A DNA stretch of 63,930 nucleotides, counting the filler, from Chiloscyllium plagiosum (taxonomy: Eukaryota), in the NCBI RefSeq assembly GCF_004010195.1. It is 4 parts of one record of this genome, joined end to end, with 100 filler letters (N's around TTAATTAATTAA, not from the genome) between each part and the next. Parts side by side here need not be neighbours in the genome. Positions count along the whole stretch, not along the records: positions 1 to 28,659 come from NC_057711.1; 3 more parts are not named here. The stretch is one strand, 5' to 3'. The notes below the pieces were generated by a model. That model ran no database searches. It was given only the letters and a program-made list of their open reading frames with translations, and was not told the DNA's origin. Both the position numbers and the translations under genes were made by a program. Below are positions 12,790 to 26,959 of this stretch, one piece after another. The stretch's first letter is position 1. Each line of letters begins with the position of its first letter.

Positions 12790-14360
12790 CAACCATAAAG
12801 CTGGATAAATCCCTAGGAGCTTACCAAGTACATCCCAGGACACTGTGGGAAGGTGCGGAAGAAAATGCGAGGTGCCTAGTAGAAATATTTGTAACATCTA
12901 TAATCATGAGTGAGGTTCTGGAGGATTAGAAGGTGGCTAATGTGCCTTTATTTAAGTGGGGTGGTATGGTGGCTCAGTGGTTAGCACTGCTGCCACATAA
13001 TGCCAGGGGACCCGGGTTCAATTACCACATCGGGCAGCTGTCTGTGTGGAGTTTGCACATTAGTCAGGGGTAAATACAGGGTACGGGAATAGTCTAGGTG
13101 GGTTACTCTTTGGAGGGTCAATGTGGACATGTTGGGCCAAAGGGCCTGCTTCCATTCTGTAGGGAATCTAATCAAAGGCTGTAAGGAGAAGCCTGAGAAC
13201 TATACATCTATGAGCCTGACAATAGTGGTGAATAAGTTGTTGAAGCTGATTCTGAAAGATTGGATTTACATGCATTTAGAAAGACAAGGACTAATTAGAG
13301 ATATCCAGCATGGTTTATCCAAGGGAAGTCATGTCTCTCAAACTTGATTGAGTTTTTTTAAGGAAATAACCAAAAAGATTGATGAGGGCAGAGTGGTAGA
13401 TGTTGTTTATATGGACTTCAGTAAAACCTTTGACAAGGTTCCACATGGTCGACTAATTAGTAAAGTTAGATCACGGGATTCAGGGCAAACTTGTCAGTTG
13501 GATACAAAGTTAACTTGACATGAGGGGGTTGTTTTTTGGACTGCATGCCTGTGCCCAGTGGCTTTTCACGGGAATGAGTACTGGGTTCACTTTTGTTTGT
13601 CATTTAAATAAATGATTTGGGTGACAATATTGAAGGCATAGTAAGTACGTTTGCAGATGACAACAAAATTGGTGGTATATTGGACAGTAAAGAAGGTTAT
13701 CTAAGATTACAAAGAGATCTTGATCATAGGGTTAAATGGGCTGAGAAGTGGCAGATGGAGTTTAATTTGGATAAATGCGAAGTAAGGCATTTTTGTAAAA
13801 CAACAAGGGCAGGAGGGTATAAAAGACATTGGTGAGGCCTCTTCTGGAGTACTCTGAGCAGTTATGGCTGCCCTGCTATACAAAGGATATTATTAAATTG
13901 TAGAAGGTACAGAAAAGATTTACCAGCATGTTGCTGGGAATGGAGGGGTTGAGTTATAAAAATAAGCTGGATAAACTAGGATGTTTTTTCACTAGAGCGT
14001 TGGAGGTTGAACGGTATCCCTCTGGAGGTTTAGAAAATCATGAGGGGCATACATAGGGTGAATAGCAAAAGTCTTTTCCCTTGGATGGGCAAATTCCAAA
14101 CTAGGGGGCTTATTTTTAACGTAAGAGGAGAAATTTTTAAAAAGAATATGAGGGGCAACTTTTCTACACTGTGTGTGGAATGAACTACCCGAGGAAGTGG
14201 TACAGTTTCTACATTTCAAAGACATTTGGATAAGTACATGAATAGGGAAGGTTTAGAGCAATATGGGCCAAATGCAAGCAACTGGAATAAGTTTAATTTG
14301 GAAAAATGTTTGGCAAGCACAACTTGGACCGAAGGGTCTGTTTCCATGCTGTACGACTCT
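12790..14360 (+). mobile_element. Degenerate CR1 ORF2 with a nested internally deleted HE1 SINE (12958-13173)
   Basis: RT motifs FADDNK and WAEKWQMEFNLDKC; CR1 3' tail gaagggtctgtttccatgctgtacgactct. Confidence 0.88.
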
Positions 14361-14659
14361 GGTTTATGTGCTGTGTCTTACTGCCTTACTATATTCTATT
14401 TTTGTCTCCCAAACCTGTGGTCACTTTTCTCAGAAGTCCATGTTTGAATCCCTTGAATCAGGCTTCCTTCCCTGTCACAGAACTGAAATTACTGTTCCAG
14501 AAAGTTGCAAATGCTAACCTACGGCAAGCTATCCCTCCTCATCTTATCCACAGCTTTTGACCAGGTTGACCACAAGACACAATCTTCTTCCAAAGTCTCT
14601 CCTTGCCCAATAGGGGAGCTTGTGATCATCTGATTCCGTTCATTCACAACCTCCCCCAA

Positions 14660-14686
14660 CACCACCACCACCACCACCACCACCAC
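14660..14686. repeat. (CAC)9 microsatellite
   Basis: Direct read. Confidence 0.95.
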
Positions 14687-16844
14687 TCTGACAAATTCAT
14701 GCTCGACCACTTCCTATTTTTAACCAAAATGCTGCTCTTCTTTATCAACATCATTTCTTATGGCTCTCGCACTGTTTCTAATTTCTCTGACATTCAGTGC
14801 TGGATGAGAATAAATTTCCGTCAGCTAAGTACTGGGGAAAATAAAATATTTAAAATATTCAAAGACCCTTACCATTACCTTTGATCTTCACCACAAATTA
14901 GTCTCCTAACCACCAATCCCCATCCCTTTTCCAGGCAATAGCTTGAGGTAAAAATCTAACCATATGTAACTTGGTGCTGTATTTGACTGACAGATGACTC
15001 ACTGACCACATATTTACTCCATCACCAAGACTCACTTCCAGCTCCATAACATCTTCCAACTTTATACCCTCAGCTACCCGAGTTTTTATTTCTATATTGA
15101 ATATTCTAATGCCCTCCTGGCCAACATCCTTCCTTCCACCTTATACATACTTGAAGTTCATCCAAAATTCTGTTGTCTGCAATGTAACTAGGACAAAATC
15201 TACCTCAAAAAGTGATGGAGGCAGAATGATGTAAAAGTTTGAAGTTGGAGGAAGATAGATTCTTGTAGGGCAATGGAATCAAATGTTACCAGCGGTCAGT
15301 GCAAATGTGGAACTCAGCACAAACAGATAAACTATGATCTAATTGAATAGCTGAGTTGGCAGAAGGACCGAATGGCCCACTTTTGCTTCTAGTTCCTGTG
15401 TTTGTATGCAAGTCCCATTAACCCCTCAACTCTGTGCTCACTGAGCGACGTTAATTCAGACCAGAAATAGCTCAGTTTAAAAATTCCCAGCCTTGTATTC
15501 CAATCCCTGTATTGTCTTGCTCCTCCTGATCTCTTCAATCTCCTCTAAACCTATAACCTTTCTGACATCTTTGCATTCCTCTCCTCCAATTCTGGTCTCT
15601 TGAGTATTCTGATTTCTATTTTTCCCTAATTTCATTTGATAATGCTCCAGTAAAACTCCTTAGAAAGTTTATGATCCCATGGTGCAGGCATAATTCAAAA
15701 TAATCAAATTTACTGAAAGACCCACAAATGCAAAGTAAAATAAACAAGGTTCCACTTTTTATGACTTCTATTTTAATGTCAGAATCAGAACCGACATTAA
15801 ACATTAACAGACAAATGACACTTTGTATAAAAAGTTCACCTTCATTTAAAATAGTTGATGTCACAGAGGTATGTGTTACATAATGACAGCAGCTGAGGCA
15901 CTCCCTGTAAACTTGTGGCATGAGAGCGCTACTCAGTTCCGTGTCGTATTAGCATTTATTCGTGTGTGATATCTCCTATCCCCTATCTCCTTCTTGGTCT
16001 TGTCCTTTTTTGTCTGTGTAAATGCAACAGTTGCTGTTGCTTTGTTTATTCTTATGATGATTCCCAGTTATCCACCACACCATAGTATTTTAAACAATTC
16101 CATTTAAATTAACCATGAGTAGTTTAAATTATTGCTGGGAGCCTCGCTTAATTCCAAAAGGCGACAGACAAATTGTTCACTTCGAGACTGGTGTGAGAAA
16201 CGCTGGCTGGTATATAGTGATTCCTCGAAGTTTACTTCAAAATGCATGGCCTCTTATTTTTGTCAAAGTATGATACCCATGAATTTATTCGCAATATTTC
16301 AAAAAGGACAGTCTGAGCTGTCTTTATGGTTTAGAAGGATCATTAATGGTAATTCTTGCCCCCACAACCATTCTAGAGTTTTAACCCCTGTAGTGGAGCA
16401 TGTTACTGAGAGAAATGTTGGTCTATTATTGTATTAAGATTTTGATAGCATTATTATTTTTCTAAACATGCAGCTTTTCCATCAGCATTTTCATGAAGTC
16501 TAATCATATGCTTACAATGGAGATGAATTGTAGAAATATTTGCCTGAAATCTGAGAACCAAATAGTTATTTGAATGCTGATACAACTGAGCCCCAAAGAA
16601 AATCTTGCTTGATTGACAACTCTAGTTCTTTGACCCATGTTGTCAATCTCACAATGTTTATATAACCTCAAGGTTAAATCATTTCCAGTGCTTGCAGTTT
16701 CTTATACTGATACTTTAAAGGATCTGGAAGACTGTAGTAAGTGGAATGTCATGATCTAATTACTTTTTTTCACATTCTGTTGTCACTATAGTGTTCTGTT
16801 TCTGTGCACAGTGTATGGGATAAATGAGCGTGGAGGTCTTGTAG

Positions 16845-16978
16845 GTGAAAGTGAGGACTGCAGATGCTGGAGATTAGAGTTGAAAGTGTGGTGCTGGAAA
16901 AGCACAGCAGGTCAGACAGCATCTGAGAAGCAGGAAAATCAGGCCTCATTCCTGATGAAGGGTTCTTGCCTGAAACAT
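16845..16978 (-). mobile_element. PLE-derived hammerhead mini-element (family A) with 13-bp TSD
   Basis: TSD ggaggtcttgtag (16832-16844) / ggaagtcttgtag (16979-16991); the inverted piece carries CTGATGA...GAAACATG. Confidence 0.8.
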
Positions 16979-17459
16979 GGAAGTCTTGTAGCCTGGTACA
17001 GGGGTATGAGTCATGGGGGTGAATAGCCTGTTATGAGAAACCATTGGCAATGGATGGAGGGAATTGCCTGGCATCAGCAGCATGAAGAGCCATAAATTGG
17101 GACAAAGTCTGGCATAGAGATAGTGAGGGCCAAAAGGAAGTGAATGGGGCAGTTTGGTTGTCAGAGGAGGATTTTTTTAACTTAGCATTCATAATTTTCT
17201 TCATGTAATCTATGATTCACAAGATTGCTGAGGTTTCATGAGCCCTTTTAAAGCTGGCTGGACTCCATGGAAGTTGTAGAGGACTCAGAATTGTCTTTCT
17301 CCTGAATAGAACAGTCAGGTCAGGAGTTCCAGGTCTGGTTTGTAACCTGAACCAGCGCACACCCTTACAACACATACCAGAGAATCAGGAACCCTGGAAT
17401 GGTGTCAGGAACCCTGGAATTAGGACCCACCACTATTATTAAAGGGCTCCCATGTCCAT

Positions 17460-19767
17460 TCTGGCTGAGTAAAGATCAAGGTTGAACATTCTTCAAAGTG
17501 ATACAGAGAGGATAGACGACGCAGCAAAAATTTAGCAGGTAGTGTATAATGAGAGAAAGTGTGAGGTTAGCCATTTTGGCAGGAAGCATAGAAAAGCAGC
17601 ATGTTTCTTTTTAGAAAGAAAGAGATTTCAGAAGGATCTGGGTGTCCTTTTACAAGATCACATAAAATTAGCATGCATGTAAGAATAAATAATTAGGGAA
17701 AGGCAAAAGGAATTTTGTTCTTTACTGGAAGGGGCTACGTTCTAAAAGTAGGGAATTCTTGGTGAGACCACACCAAGAATATTGTGTGCAGTTTTGATCT
17801 CCATTCTTTAAGGAGGGAGATAGTTGTCTTGGAAGCAATCCAACAATGGTTTACGAGGGAGAATCCTGCAAGATTGCCTTGTGAGGAATTGTTGAGCAAG
17901 TTGGATCTATACTCTTATTAAAACATAGAAAATTCTGAAGTTTTTTTTTACTTTTTTCACTGGAAATGGACATCACTGTAGGCTGTCATTTATTGTCCAA
18001 GTCTAATTTTTCTTTAGAATCTGTTTGTGGTGATAGGGTATTTACTAAGATGATGTTTGCTCTTGATAGAGGAATCTAGAACTAAGGGATACAAATTAAA
18101 AATAAGATGTTCCTCATTAAACACTAAAATGTCTTTTCTCATTGGGTTATTACTCCTTAGAACACTTTTCCATAGAGACTAATGGAGCCGGGTCATTGAA
18201 TCTATTCAATGTTGAATTAGACAGTTTTTGATCAAGAAGAGAGTAAAGGATTACGTAGGGCAGGCAGGAAAGTACAGTTAAGGCCATATTTTGATTGACT
18301 TTGCTTTTTAGTGAATGGCAGAGCAGGCTCAAAGGGCTAAATAGTCTACTTCTGCTATTTCTGATCTACTTAAGGAATTAGAATAAACTAACAAAACCAA
18401 ATATTTGCCTTTTGTACCAAATTTCCAATATCATGTTTTGCACCAAACCTTGCAATGTACTATAGTTGAAAAGTGTGGTGCTAGAAAAGCACAGCAGATC
18501 AGGCAGGATCCTGATGAAGGGCTTATGCCTGAAACGTTGACTCTCCTGCTCATCAGATGCTGCCTGACCTGCTTTGCTTTTCTAGTGCCACGCGTTTCGA
18601 TTCTGACTCTCCAGAATCTGCAGTCCTCACTTTCTCCTTGCAATGTACTTTAGCCATATTTGCAAATGATACAAAAATAGGTGGAAAGACAAGTTGTGAG
18701 GATCACTCAAACAGTCTGCAGAGTGATATAGACAGGTTAAGTGAGTGGACAAAAACTTGGGAGATAGATTATAAGGTGGGGAAATGTGAGGTCATGCACT
18801 TTGGTATGAAGAATAGAGGAGCTGAATTTTATTTAAATGGAGAAAGATTGCAGGAAGCTACATAACAGATGAGTTGAGAAATCCTCATCCATGAATCACA
18901 AAAAGCTAACATCCAAGTTCAAAGGTAATGGGGAAGGCAATTTTTATGTTGGCCTTTTATACTCCATTCCTTTTGAAATAAAAAGTGTGAAGGTGTTGTT
19001 AAACTATGCCTGGCACTCGTCAGACCACAGTTTTGGGGTCTTCTCCAAGGCTTTGGAGACAATCCAGAGAAGGTTCATTTGGCTCAAAACAGGTCTGGAG
19101 GGACTGTATTATGAGGAAAGGTTGAGTACATTTGGATCTGTACTTGAAATATAGAAGAATGAGAGGTGACGTTATTGAAACATATAAGCTCCTTAGAGGT
19201 AAAAATGAAAATTGTTTTTACACAGCGCCTGTGGGAAGAAAGCAGAGTTAACATTTTGATTTATGTGATGGTAGGAAGCAGAAGGGAACAGTGGAAGGAT
19301 GCTTGTCGGGCACCATGCCTGTGACTAGTGATGTGCCTCAGGGGTCGATGCTGGGCCCATTGCTGTTTGTTATTTATATCAATGACTTGGATGAGAATGT
19401 ACAAGAAATGATTGGTAAGTATGCAGATGACATTAAAATAGGAGGTATCGTGGATTGTGAGGAAGATTATCAGAAATTACAGCAGGACGTTGATCAGCTG
19501 GGGAAGTGGGCTGAGAAATGGCAAATGGAATTTAATATGTGAGGTCTTGCATTTTGGTAAGTCAAATCAATATGGAGTTTCATGGTGAATGGTAGGGCTT
19601 TAATAAGGAGTGTATGGAACAGAGGGACCTTGGAATTCAGGTGCACGGTTCTCTAAAAGTGGACTCAGAGGTATACAGGGCATTGAAGAAGGCTTTTGGC
19701 ACACAGGCCTTCATCAGTCAGGGCATTGACTATAGAAATTGGGAAGTTATGTTGCAGTTGTTCAGGA
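17460..19767 (+). mobile_element. Several degenerate CR1 fragments
   Basis: [28 protein letters not shown] and YADD motifs in ORFs 18557-18865 and 19291-19542. Confidence 0.85.
18466..18635 (+). mobile_element. PLE-derived hammerhead mini-element (family A) with inverted 5' part and ~18-bp TSD
   Basis: TSD ccttgcaatgtactatag (18448-18465) / ccttgcaatgtactttag (18636-18653). Core CTGATGA 18511-18517, GAAACGTT 18531-18538. Confidence 0.85.
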
Positions 19768-21717
19768 GGATAGATCAAGTGAAATCTTAGAAGAGTATAA
19801 AGGCAGTAGGTGTATACTTTAGAGGGAAATCAGGATGGCAAAAGGGGACATAAGATAGCTTTGGCAAATAGAATTAAGGAGAATCCAAAGGGTTTTTACA
19901 AATATGTTAAGGACAAAAGGGTAACTAGGGAGAAAATAGGGCCCCTCAAAGATCAGCAAGGCAGCCTTTGTGTGGAGCCACAGAAAATGGGGGAGATACT
20001 AAACGGGTATTTTGCATCAGCATTTACTGTGGAAAAGGATTTGGAAGATATAGAGTGTAGGGAAACAGATGGTGACACCTTGCAAAATGTCCAAAATACA
20101 GAGGATGAAGTGCTGGATGTCTTGAAACGTATAAAGGTGGATAAATCACCAGGACTTGATCAGGTGTACCGTATAACTCTGTGGGAAGCTAGCGAAGTGA
20201 TTGGTGGGCCTCTTGCTGAGATATTTGTATCATCGATAGTCACAGGTGAGGAACCGGAAGACTGGAGGTTGGCAAACGTGGTGCCACTGTTTAAGAAGGG
20301 CGGTAAGGACAAGCCAGGGAACTATAGACCAGTGAGCCTGACGTCAGTGGTGGGCAAGTTGTTGGAGGGAATCCTGAGGGACAGGATGTACATGTACTTG
20401 GAAAGGCAAGGACTGATTAAGGATGGTCAACATGGCTTTGTGCATGGGAAATCATGTCTTGCAACTTGATTGAGTTTTTGAAGAATTAACAAAGGGGATT
20501 GATGAGGGTAGAGTGGTAGATGTGATCTAAATGGACTTCAGTAAGGCGTTCAACAAGGTTCCCCATGGGAGACTGATTAGCAAGGTTAGATCTCATGGAA
20601 TACAGGGAGAACTAGCCATTTGGATACAGAACTGGCTCAAAGGTAGAAGACAGAGGGTGGTGGTGGAGAATTGTTTTTCAGACTGAAGGCCTGTGACCAG
20701 TGGAGTGCCACAAGGATCGGTGCTGGGTCCTCTACTTTTTGTTATTTACATATATGATTTGGATCTGAGCATAAGAGGTACAGTTAGTAAGTTTGCAGAT
20801 GACACCAAAATTGGAGGTGTAGTGGACAGAGAAGAGGGTTACCTCAGATTACAACAGCATCTTGACCAGATGGGCCAATGGGCTGAGAAGCGGTAGATGG
20901 AGTTTAATTCAGATAAATGCGAGGTACTGCATTTTGGGAAAGCAAATCTTAGCAGTACTTATACACTTAATGGTAAGTTGCTGGGGAGTGTTGCTGAACA
21001 AAGAGACCTTGGAGTGCAGGTTCATAGCTCCTTGAAAGTGGAGTCACAGGCAGGTAGGATAGTGCAGAAGGCATTTGGTATGCTTTCCTTTATTGGTCAG
21101 AGTTGAGTACAGGAGTTGGGAGGTCACATTGCAGCTGTACAGGACATTGGTTAGGGCACTGTTGGAATATTTTGTGCAATTCTGGTCTCCTTCCTATCGG
21201 AAAGATGTTGTGAAACTTGAAAGGGTTCAGAAAAGATTTACAAGGATGTTGCCAGGGTCGGAGGATTTGAGCTGTTGGGAGAGGCTGAATAGGCTCGGGC
21301 TGTTTTTCCCGGAGCTTCGGAGGCTGAGGGGTGACCTTATAGAGGTTTATAAAATTATGAGAGGCATGGATAGGATAAATAGACAAAGTCTTTTCCCTGG
21401 GTGGGGGAGTCCAGAACTAGAGGGCATAGGTTTAGGGTGAGAGGGGAAAGATATAAAAGAGACCTAAGGGGCAACTTTTTCATGCAGAGGGTGAGATGTG
21501 TATAGAATGAGCTCCCAGAGGACGTGGTGGAGGCTGGTACAATTGCAATGTTTAAGAAGCGTTTGGATGGGTGTATGAATAGGAAGGGTTTGGAGGGATA
21601 TGGGCCGGGTGCTGGCAGGTGGGACTAGATTTGGTTGGGATATCTGGTCAGCATGGATGGGTTGGACTGAAGGGTCTGTTTCCATGCTGTACATCTCTAT
21701 GACTATGACTCTGTGAC
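19768..21717 (+). mobile_element. Younger 5'-truncated CR1 (HER1-like) LINE nested in an older CR1 that resumes at 21718-22270
   Basis: Near-continuous ORF2 RT (KSPG...DWRLANVVPLFKKG...NYRPVSLTS...[18 protein letters not shown]) with a few stops and frameshifts; ends in ctatgact repeats. The host reads continuously across the insertion. Confidence 0.93.
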
Positions 21718-22559
21718 CTTGGTAAGGCCGCACTTGAAGTATTGTGTTCAGTTTTGGCCACCTTGCTATAGGAAAGACTTTATTAAACTGAAAAGAGTGC
21801 AGTATAAATTTACAAGTATGTTGCCAGGACTCAACAGTCTGAGTTATAGAGAGAGGTTGGACAAGCTAGGACTGTTTTTCTTTAAAGCGTAAGAAACTGA
21901 AGGAGGATAATTTATAGAAGTGTGTAAGATCATGAGAGGCATGAATAGGGTGAATACACTCAGTCTTTTTTCCCCAGTGTTGGGCAATCAAGGACTAGAG
22001 ACATCAGTTTAAGTTTAGAGGGGAAAGAATAAAAGGGAACCTGAGGGGCAACTCTTTCACATAGAATGTGGTACGCATATGGAATGAGCTGACAGTGGAA
22101 GTGGTTGAGGTGGGTAATTAACCACATTTAAAAGGCATTTGGACAAATACATGGATAGGAAAGAATTAGAAGGATAGAGCCAAATGGGGTTAGCATTGAT
22201 GGACAGTTTGACGGCATGGACCAGTTTGGGACAAAGTGCCTGTCTCCATGCTGTGGGACTCTTTGACTCTATAACTTTGAGACCACTGATTCTTCATCAG
22301 AACTATTAGTACAGAAATAAAAGCAGATGGTAAACAATGAGGTTATGGATAACAGGCCAGGACAGAAGAAAGGCTGATTAAGTGATAATAAAGACTAAGA
22401 GTAGAAAATGTGTTAGTTGTGCTGAATGTAAGCAATATAATGTGATAATGAACCTAGAATTATGTAGGAATGTGTGATTGTGCTAAAAGCAACCCATGTC
22501 ATAACAGGACTGTCTGTGGAGGGGGTAAAAAAACATGTTGGATGGAACCAAGCTCGATT

Positions 22560-23638
22560 TCCCATCCCCTCCCTTGTCAGCATTCTGCAGGAATCATTTC
22601 CTCTGGGACACCCTGGTCCACTCCTCCTCCATTCTCAATGTCTCCTCGTACTCCTATGGCACCTTCCCATGTAATCACAGAAAGTATAATTCCTGTCCTT
22701 TTATTTCCTCTCTCTTCACCATGTATCTTACAGGTGATGCAGTGACTTACCTGTCCTTCAATCTATCTACTGGATTCCTGAAGAAGGGCTCATGCCCAAA
22801 ATGTCAATTCTCCTGCTCCTTGGATGCTGCCTGACCTGCATTTTTCCAGCAACATATTTTCAGCTCTGATCTCCAGCATCTGCAGTCCTCACTTTCTCCT
22901 TCAATCTATCTAGTCTACTGCATTTGCTGTTCATCATGCAGTCACCTGTACACTGAGGAAATGAAATGCAGACTGGGTGACTGCTTTGCAGAGCACCTTT
23001 GTCTGGAAAAATCACCCAGAGCTTCAAGTTACCTGCTACTTCAACCGTGTTCTCATGCCAACATTTCTGTGGCAGGTCTGCTGCAGTGTTCCAACGAACC
23101 TCAGTGCAAACTTGAAGAACAACACCTCACCTTTTACTCAGGGGTCCTGTGGCCTCTAGTTCAATAACTTTAGAGCCTGATTCTATCCTTCCATTTTTTA
23201 AAAACCCACCTCACACCCTGTTATGACATAGGTTTGTTTTAACACAATCACCCATTCTCACATACTCGTTGGCCCATTATATGGGTTGCATTCAGCAAAG
23301 CTAACCCATTTTCTCACTCTTAGCTCTATTATCACTTATTCAGCTTTTCTTCTAGCTTGAGTGCTATCCCTTTACTTAATCTTCTTTTTTACATACCCTT
23401 TCACATCTCCCTCTCTCGCTGGGCTCTATTTCTACCAATCTGCTCACCTCTTCCCTCTACCTCCCTGCTTTTGCATTTTGGCTTCAGCACAAATATCACT
23501 ATTTCCTTGCTACGAGCAGTCCTGATGAAGAGTCATTGGACTCAAAATGTTAACTCTGTTTTCGCCCACACATGCTGCTGGGCCTGCTGTCTCACCAGCA
23601 ATTTCTAGTTTTGTTTCTGATCTCTAGCATCTGCAGCT
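22560..23638 (+). mobile_element. Degenerate Neptune-like PLE 3' part (GIY-YIG remnant, 3' UTR, hammerhead family D)
   Basis: KCRLGDCFAEHL...KLEEQHL endonuclease remnant; CTGATGA-A-GAGTC ATTG GACTC-AAAA-TGTT starting at 23522. Confidence 0.75.
22770..22900 (+). mobile_element. PLE-derived hammerhead mini-element (family A) nested in another PLE
   Basis: Flanked by tccttcaatctatcta (22754-22769 and 22897-22912, overlapping the element end); core GAAA mutated to AAAA. Confidence 0.85.
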
Positions 23639-23989
23639 TTGTTAAAATTCTTAAAGGACTTGACAGGACTGATGCGGAAAGGTTGTTTTCCTTTGTGAGA
23701 GAGTGTAAAAGCAAAGGGCATAATCTCAGAATAAGGGTTGCACATTTAAGACATTGATGATGAGAAACAAAAACAGAATAAGCTGGCGAAAGACAGCAGG
23801 TCCAGCAGCATCTGTAGAGAGGAAATGGAGTTTTAAGTGCAGTGACACTTTAGCAGAACTCTGTTTTCTCCCCCCATTTACTGCCAGAACTGCTGTATAT
23901 CTCCATCACACTCTGTTATTGTTTCAGATTTCCAGTATCCCCATTTCTTTGTCTTTTTTTTTAAAGAGATGAGGAGGTATTTATTTCCT

Positions 23990-24895
23990 GATGTTGTCAA
24001 TCTATATAAATGACTTGGATGTGAATATAGAAAGTATGATTAGCAAGTTTGCTGATGACACCAAAATTGGTGGTGTAGTAGTCAGGGAAGAAGGGTATGT
24101 CAAAGTACAATGGAACCTGGATTAGGTGGGCCAATGAACTGAGGAGTGGCAGATGGACTTCACTCTAGTTAAATGTGAGGTGCTCCATTTTGTTAGGGCA
24201 AATTAAGGCAGGACTTTTACACGTAATGATAAGGTCTTGCTGAACAAAGGGATCTTGGAGTGCAGGTTTATAGTTCCTTGAAAGTGGATTTGCAGGTAGA
24301 CAGGATAGTGAAGGAGGTGTTTGGTACACTTGCCTTTACTGGTCAGTGCGTTGAATATATGAGTTGGAAGGTCATGTTGTGGCTGTACAGGACATTGGTT
24401 AGGCCACTTTTGGACTACTGCATTCAATTTTGGTCCCTCTGCAACAGGAAAGTTGTTGTGAAGCTTGAGAGGGTTTAGAAATGATTTACAAGGATGTTGC
24501 CTTGAGCTACAGGGAGAGGCTGAATAGTTTGGGGCTATTTTCCCTGGAGCATCGGAGGCTGAGAGGTGATCATATATAAGTTTATAAATTCATGAGGGGC
24601 ATGGATAGGGTGAATAGTCAAGGTAGAGGGCATAGATTTAAGGTGAAAAACTAAAGATTTATAAGGGATCTAAAAGGCAACTTTTTCATGCAGAGTGAGG
24701 TGTGTAAATGGAATGAGCTGCTAGTGGAAATGGTGGAAGTGGGTACAATTACAATATTTAAAAGTCATCTGGATGGATATATGAATAGGAAGGGTTTAGA
24801 GGAAAATGAGTGAAATATTGGCAAATGGGATAACTGTTCAATGTGGATGAGCTGACCAAAGAGTGTATTTCTGTGCTGTACATCTCTATGACTCT
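23990..24895 (+). mobile_element. CR1 LINE 3' fragment
   Basis: FADD-encoding tttgctgatgac, LYRTLVRPLLDYCIQFWS, 3' tail catctctatgactct. Confidence 0.88.
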
Positions 24896-24974
24896 AATCT
24901 GGGGAATTCTTTACTGCAGAGGGCTGTCAAGCTTGTGTTGTTAAATGCATTCAGGGCTGAGATGATAATATTTT

Positions 24975-25318
24975 GAATCATAGAAGCCCCTACAGTGCGA
25001 AAGCAGGCCATTCAGCCCATCAACTCAAATCAACCTGCATCCCATCCAGACCCTGTCCTATCCCTCTGACTCCACATTTCCCATGGTTAACCCACCTCGC
25101 CTGCATATCCAGAGTTGCTATGGCCAATTTAGCATAGCCAATTCACCTAACCTGCAAATGTTTAGACTGTGGGAGGAAACTGGAGCACCCAGAGGAAACA
25201 GAAGCAGACACTGGGAGAATGTGCAAACTCCACATAGACAGTCACTCAAAGGTGGAATTGAACCCAGGTTCCTGGAGGTGTGAGGCAGCAATACTAACCT
25301 CTGAGCCATCATGCCGCC
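24975..25318 (-). mobile_element. HE1-type V-SINE
   Basis: Reverse complement of the HE1 head, body and tail. Confidence 0.82.
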
Positions 25319-26959
25319 ACAGGAAGGGAATCAAAGGTTAGGGAGAAAAGGCAAGGCAGTGGAGTTTAGGATTATCAGATCAGCATTGAATAGTGAAGCA
25401 GTTGGTGAGCTAAATGCTTCACTTCTACTCCTGTGTTTTATGATCTTATGTTTCTCTAGCTGACATGATTGAATCATCCTTTATGTTTTCATCGCAGTGA
25501 GTGATAATGTGTTTCCTTTTTATTCGCACATAAGCACTTAAATATTTATGGTAAAAAAAATCTAAAGTTCTTGAAAAAGATGTGCAGACTGTTGGTTTTA
25601 AAAAGAAATTAATACTTCACACTTGGCATACTCAGGGCTACGGCAGAAATATTATATTAGAAACATTCCCCTCAGCCAGCAGCTGCTAAGACTTAATGGT
25701 AAGCTGTGTCGATGAACCTTAGATAAGGCACTCAAAGTAGTTGGACTGCACATAGGAGAGAGCTAAAGCTAGATCCCAATGATGGAGGTCAGGTGCATCT
25801 ATAGACTAATGAAGCTTTAGTTTCTTGGTTTGTGGTATCATGGTGAATTTTATCAGGGCTTCTTCTGTTTGGCTACGAGCAGAGTTCTGCCAAAACCCTG
25901 TTCGAACCAATAGAACAAAAGAAGACTCAATGGAATTCATTCCCATGGTTTCAGTCTCCTGATTGGATTGGTGCCTTATAATCTGTACAGCGGAGTGAAT
26001 ATTCCCAATGCTTATTTTCACATACGATCGACTGTGTAAAATTAGTAGTATGTCCTGGGGAGAAAAAAAGTAATATTTTCCATAAAATCAATATTGCTTG
26101 AGGCTATGCATTTTTAATCAGCATCGGGAACAAAACACTACAATAGCAGGATGAAGAATTATGCTGGAAATTCACTCCCTGAAATGTATTATAATGCAGG
26201 CAGTGATCGAACTGTAGGGTTCAAATGACAAACAAATTGCTTTCATGGTAGGATATCATTTGAACTCCTCAATGTGATTACAGCCTTGCAATTCACTGAG
26301 GGGTGCTGACAATTTCTCCTTGCATTAGTTTATTACTCTGTTCTCAAATGCATTGTAAACTAAAAGTGTGGATTTTCTGGCTGCTTATTCCACCATTTGG
26401 GATCATCCTCATTGTTAGATCAAGTCCCAGGAAAATGCCAGGTGGTGTTTTTATTGTAGCTTTTCAAATTGGGACTTTGCAGTAATAAGCAATATCATAG
26501 ATGTAGTGGATAGTGCATAGAAAATTACATTAATTTCTTAGAGACCCTGGTGACATTTTTTGAGCCATTTTTCAAATTTCTTTGAAATTAAACTAGTCTG
26601 TAAATGGAGACAATATACATACAATCCCTATTCATTAAGCAGCTATACATTGGTTTTTAACAGTGTGTATCCAGCTTGCTAACTTAAATAGAGGTCTTCT
26701 ATTACGCAGTTTGATTTTTGACTTGGAGATTGCATTGGTTGTACACTTAGGAAGCTATCAAGACTTATAATTCTTTCAGTGACTTCTTTGAATACAATGA
26801 ACAATCACTAAGATCAGGAAACTTTCGTGTGATTGATAATTCAGTGCAGCTTCCTCGAATTTATTAGATTGGTTTATTTATTTGCAAGTGGCTTCCTCAG
26901 CTCACAGCTTCTTTTTCTTGCTTGTTCATTTGCCTGATAACTTCTATGTTATTCTCTTG

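Noticed and set aside
14603..14884. Poly-histidine ORF
   Set aside because: Produced by a (CAC)9 microsatellite; no other coding signal.
17385..17420. 16-bp direct repeat tcaggaaccctggaat
   Set aside because: Simple local tandem duplication with only two copies.
19768..21717. Intact reverse transcriptase gene or novel RT system
   Set aside because: Ordinary 5'-truncated CR1 with stops and frameshifts; the many short RT-like ORFs in the track are LINE debris.
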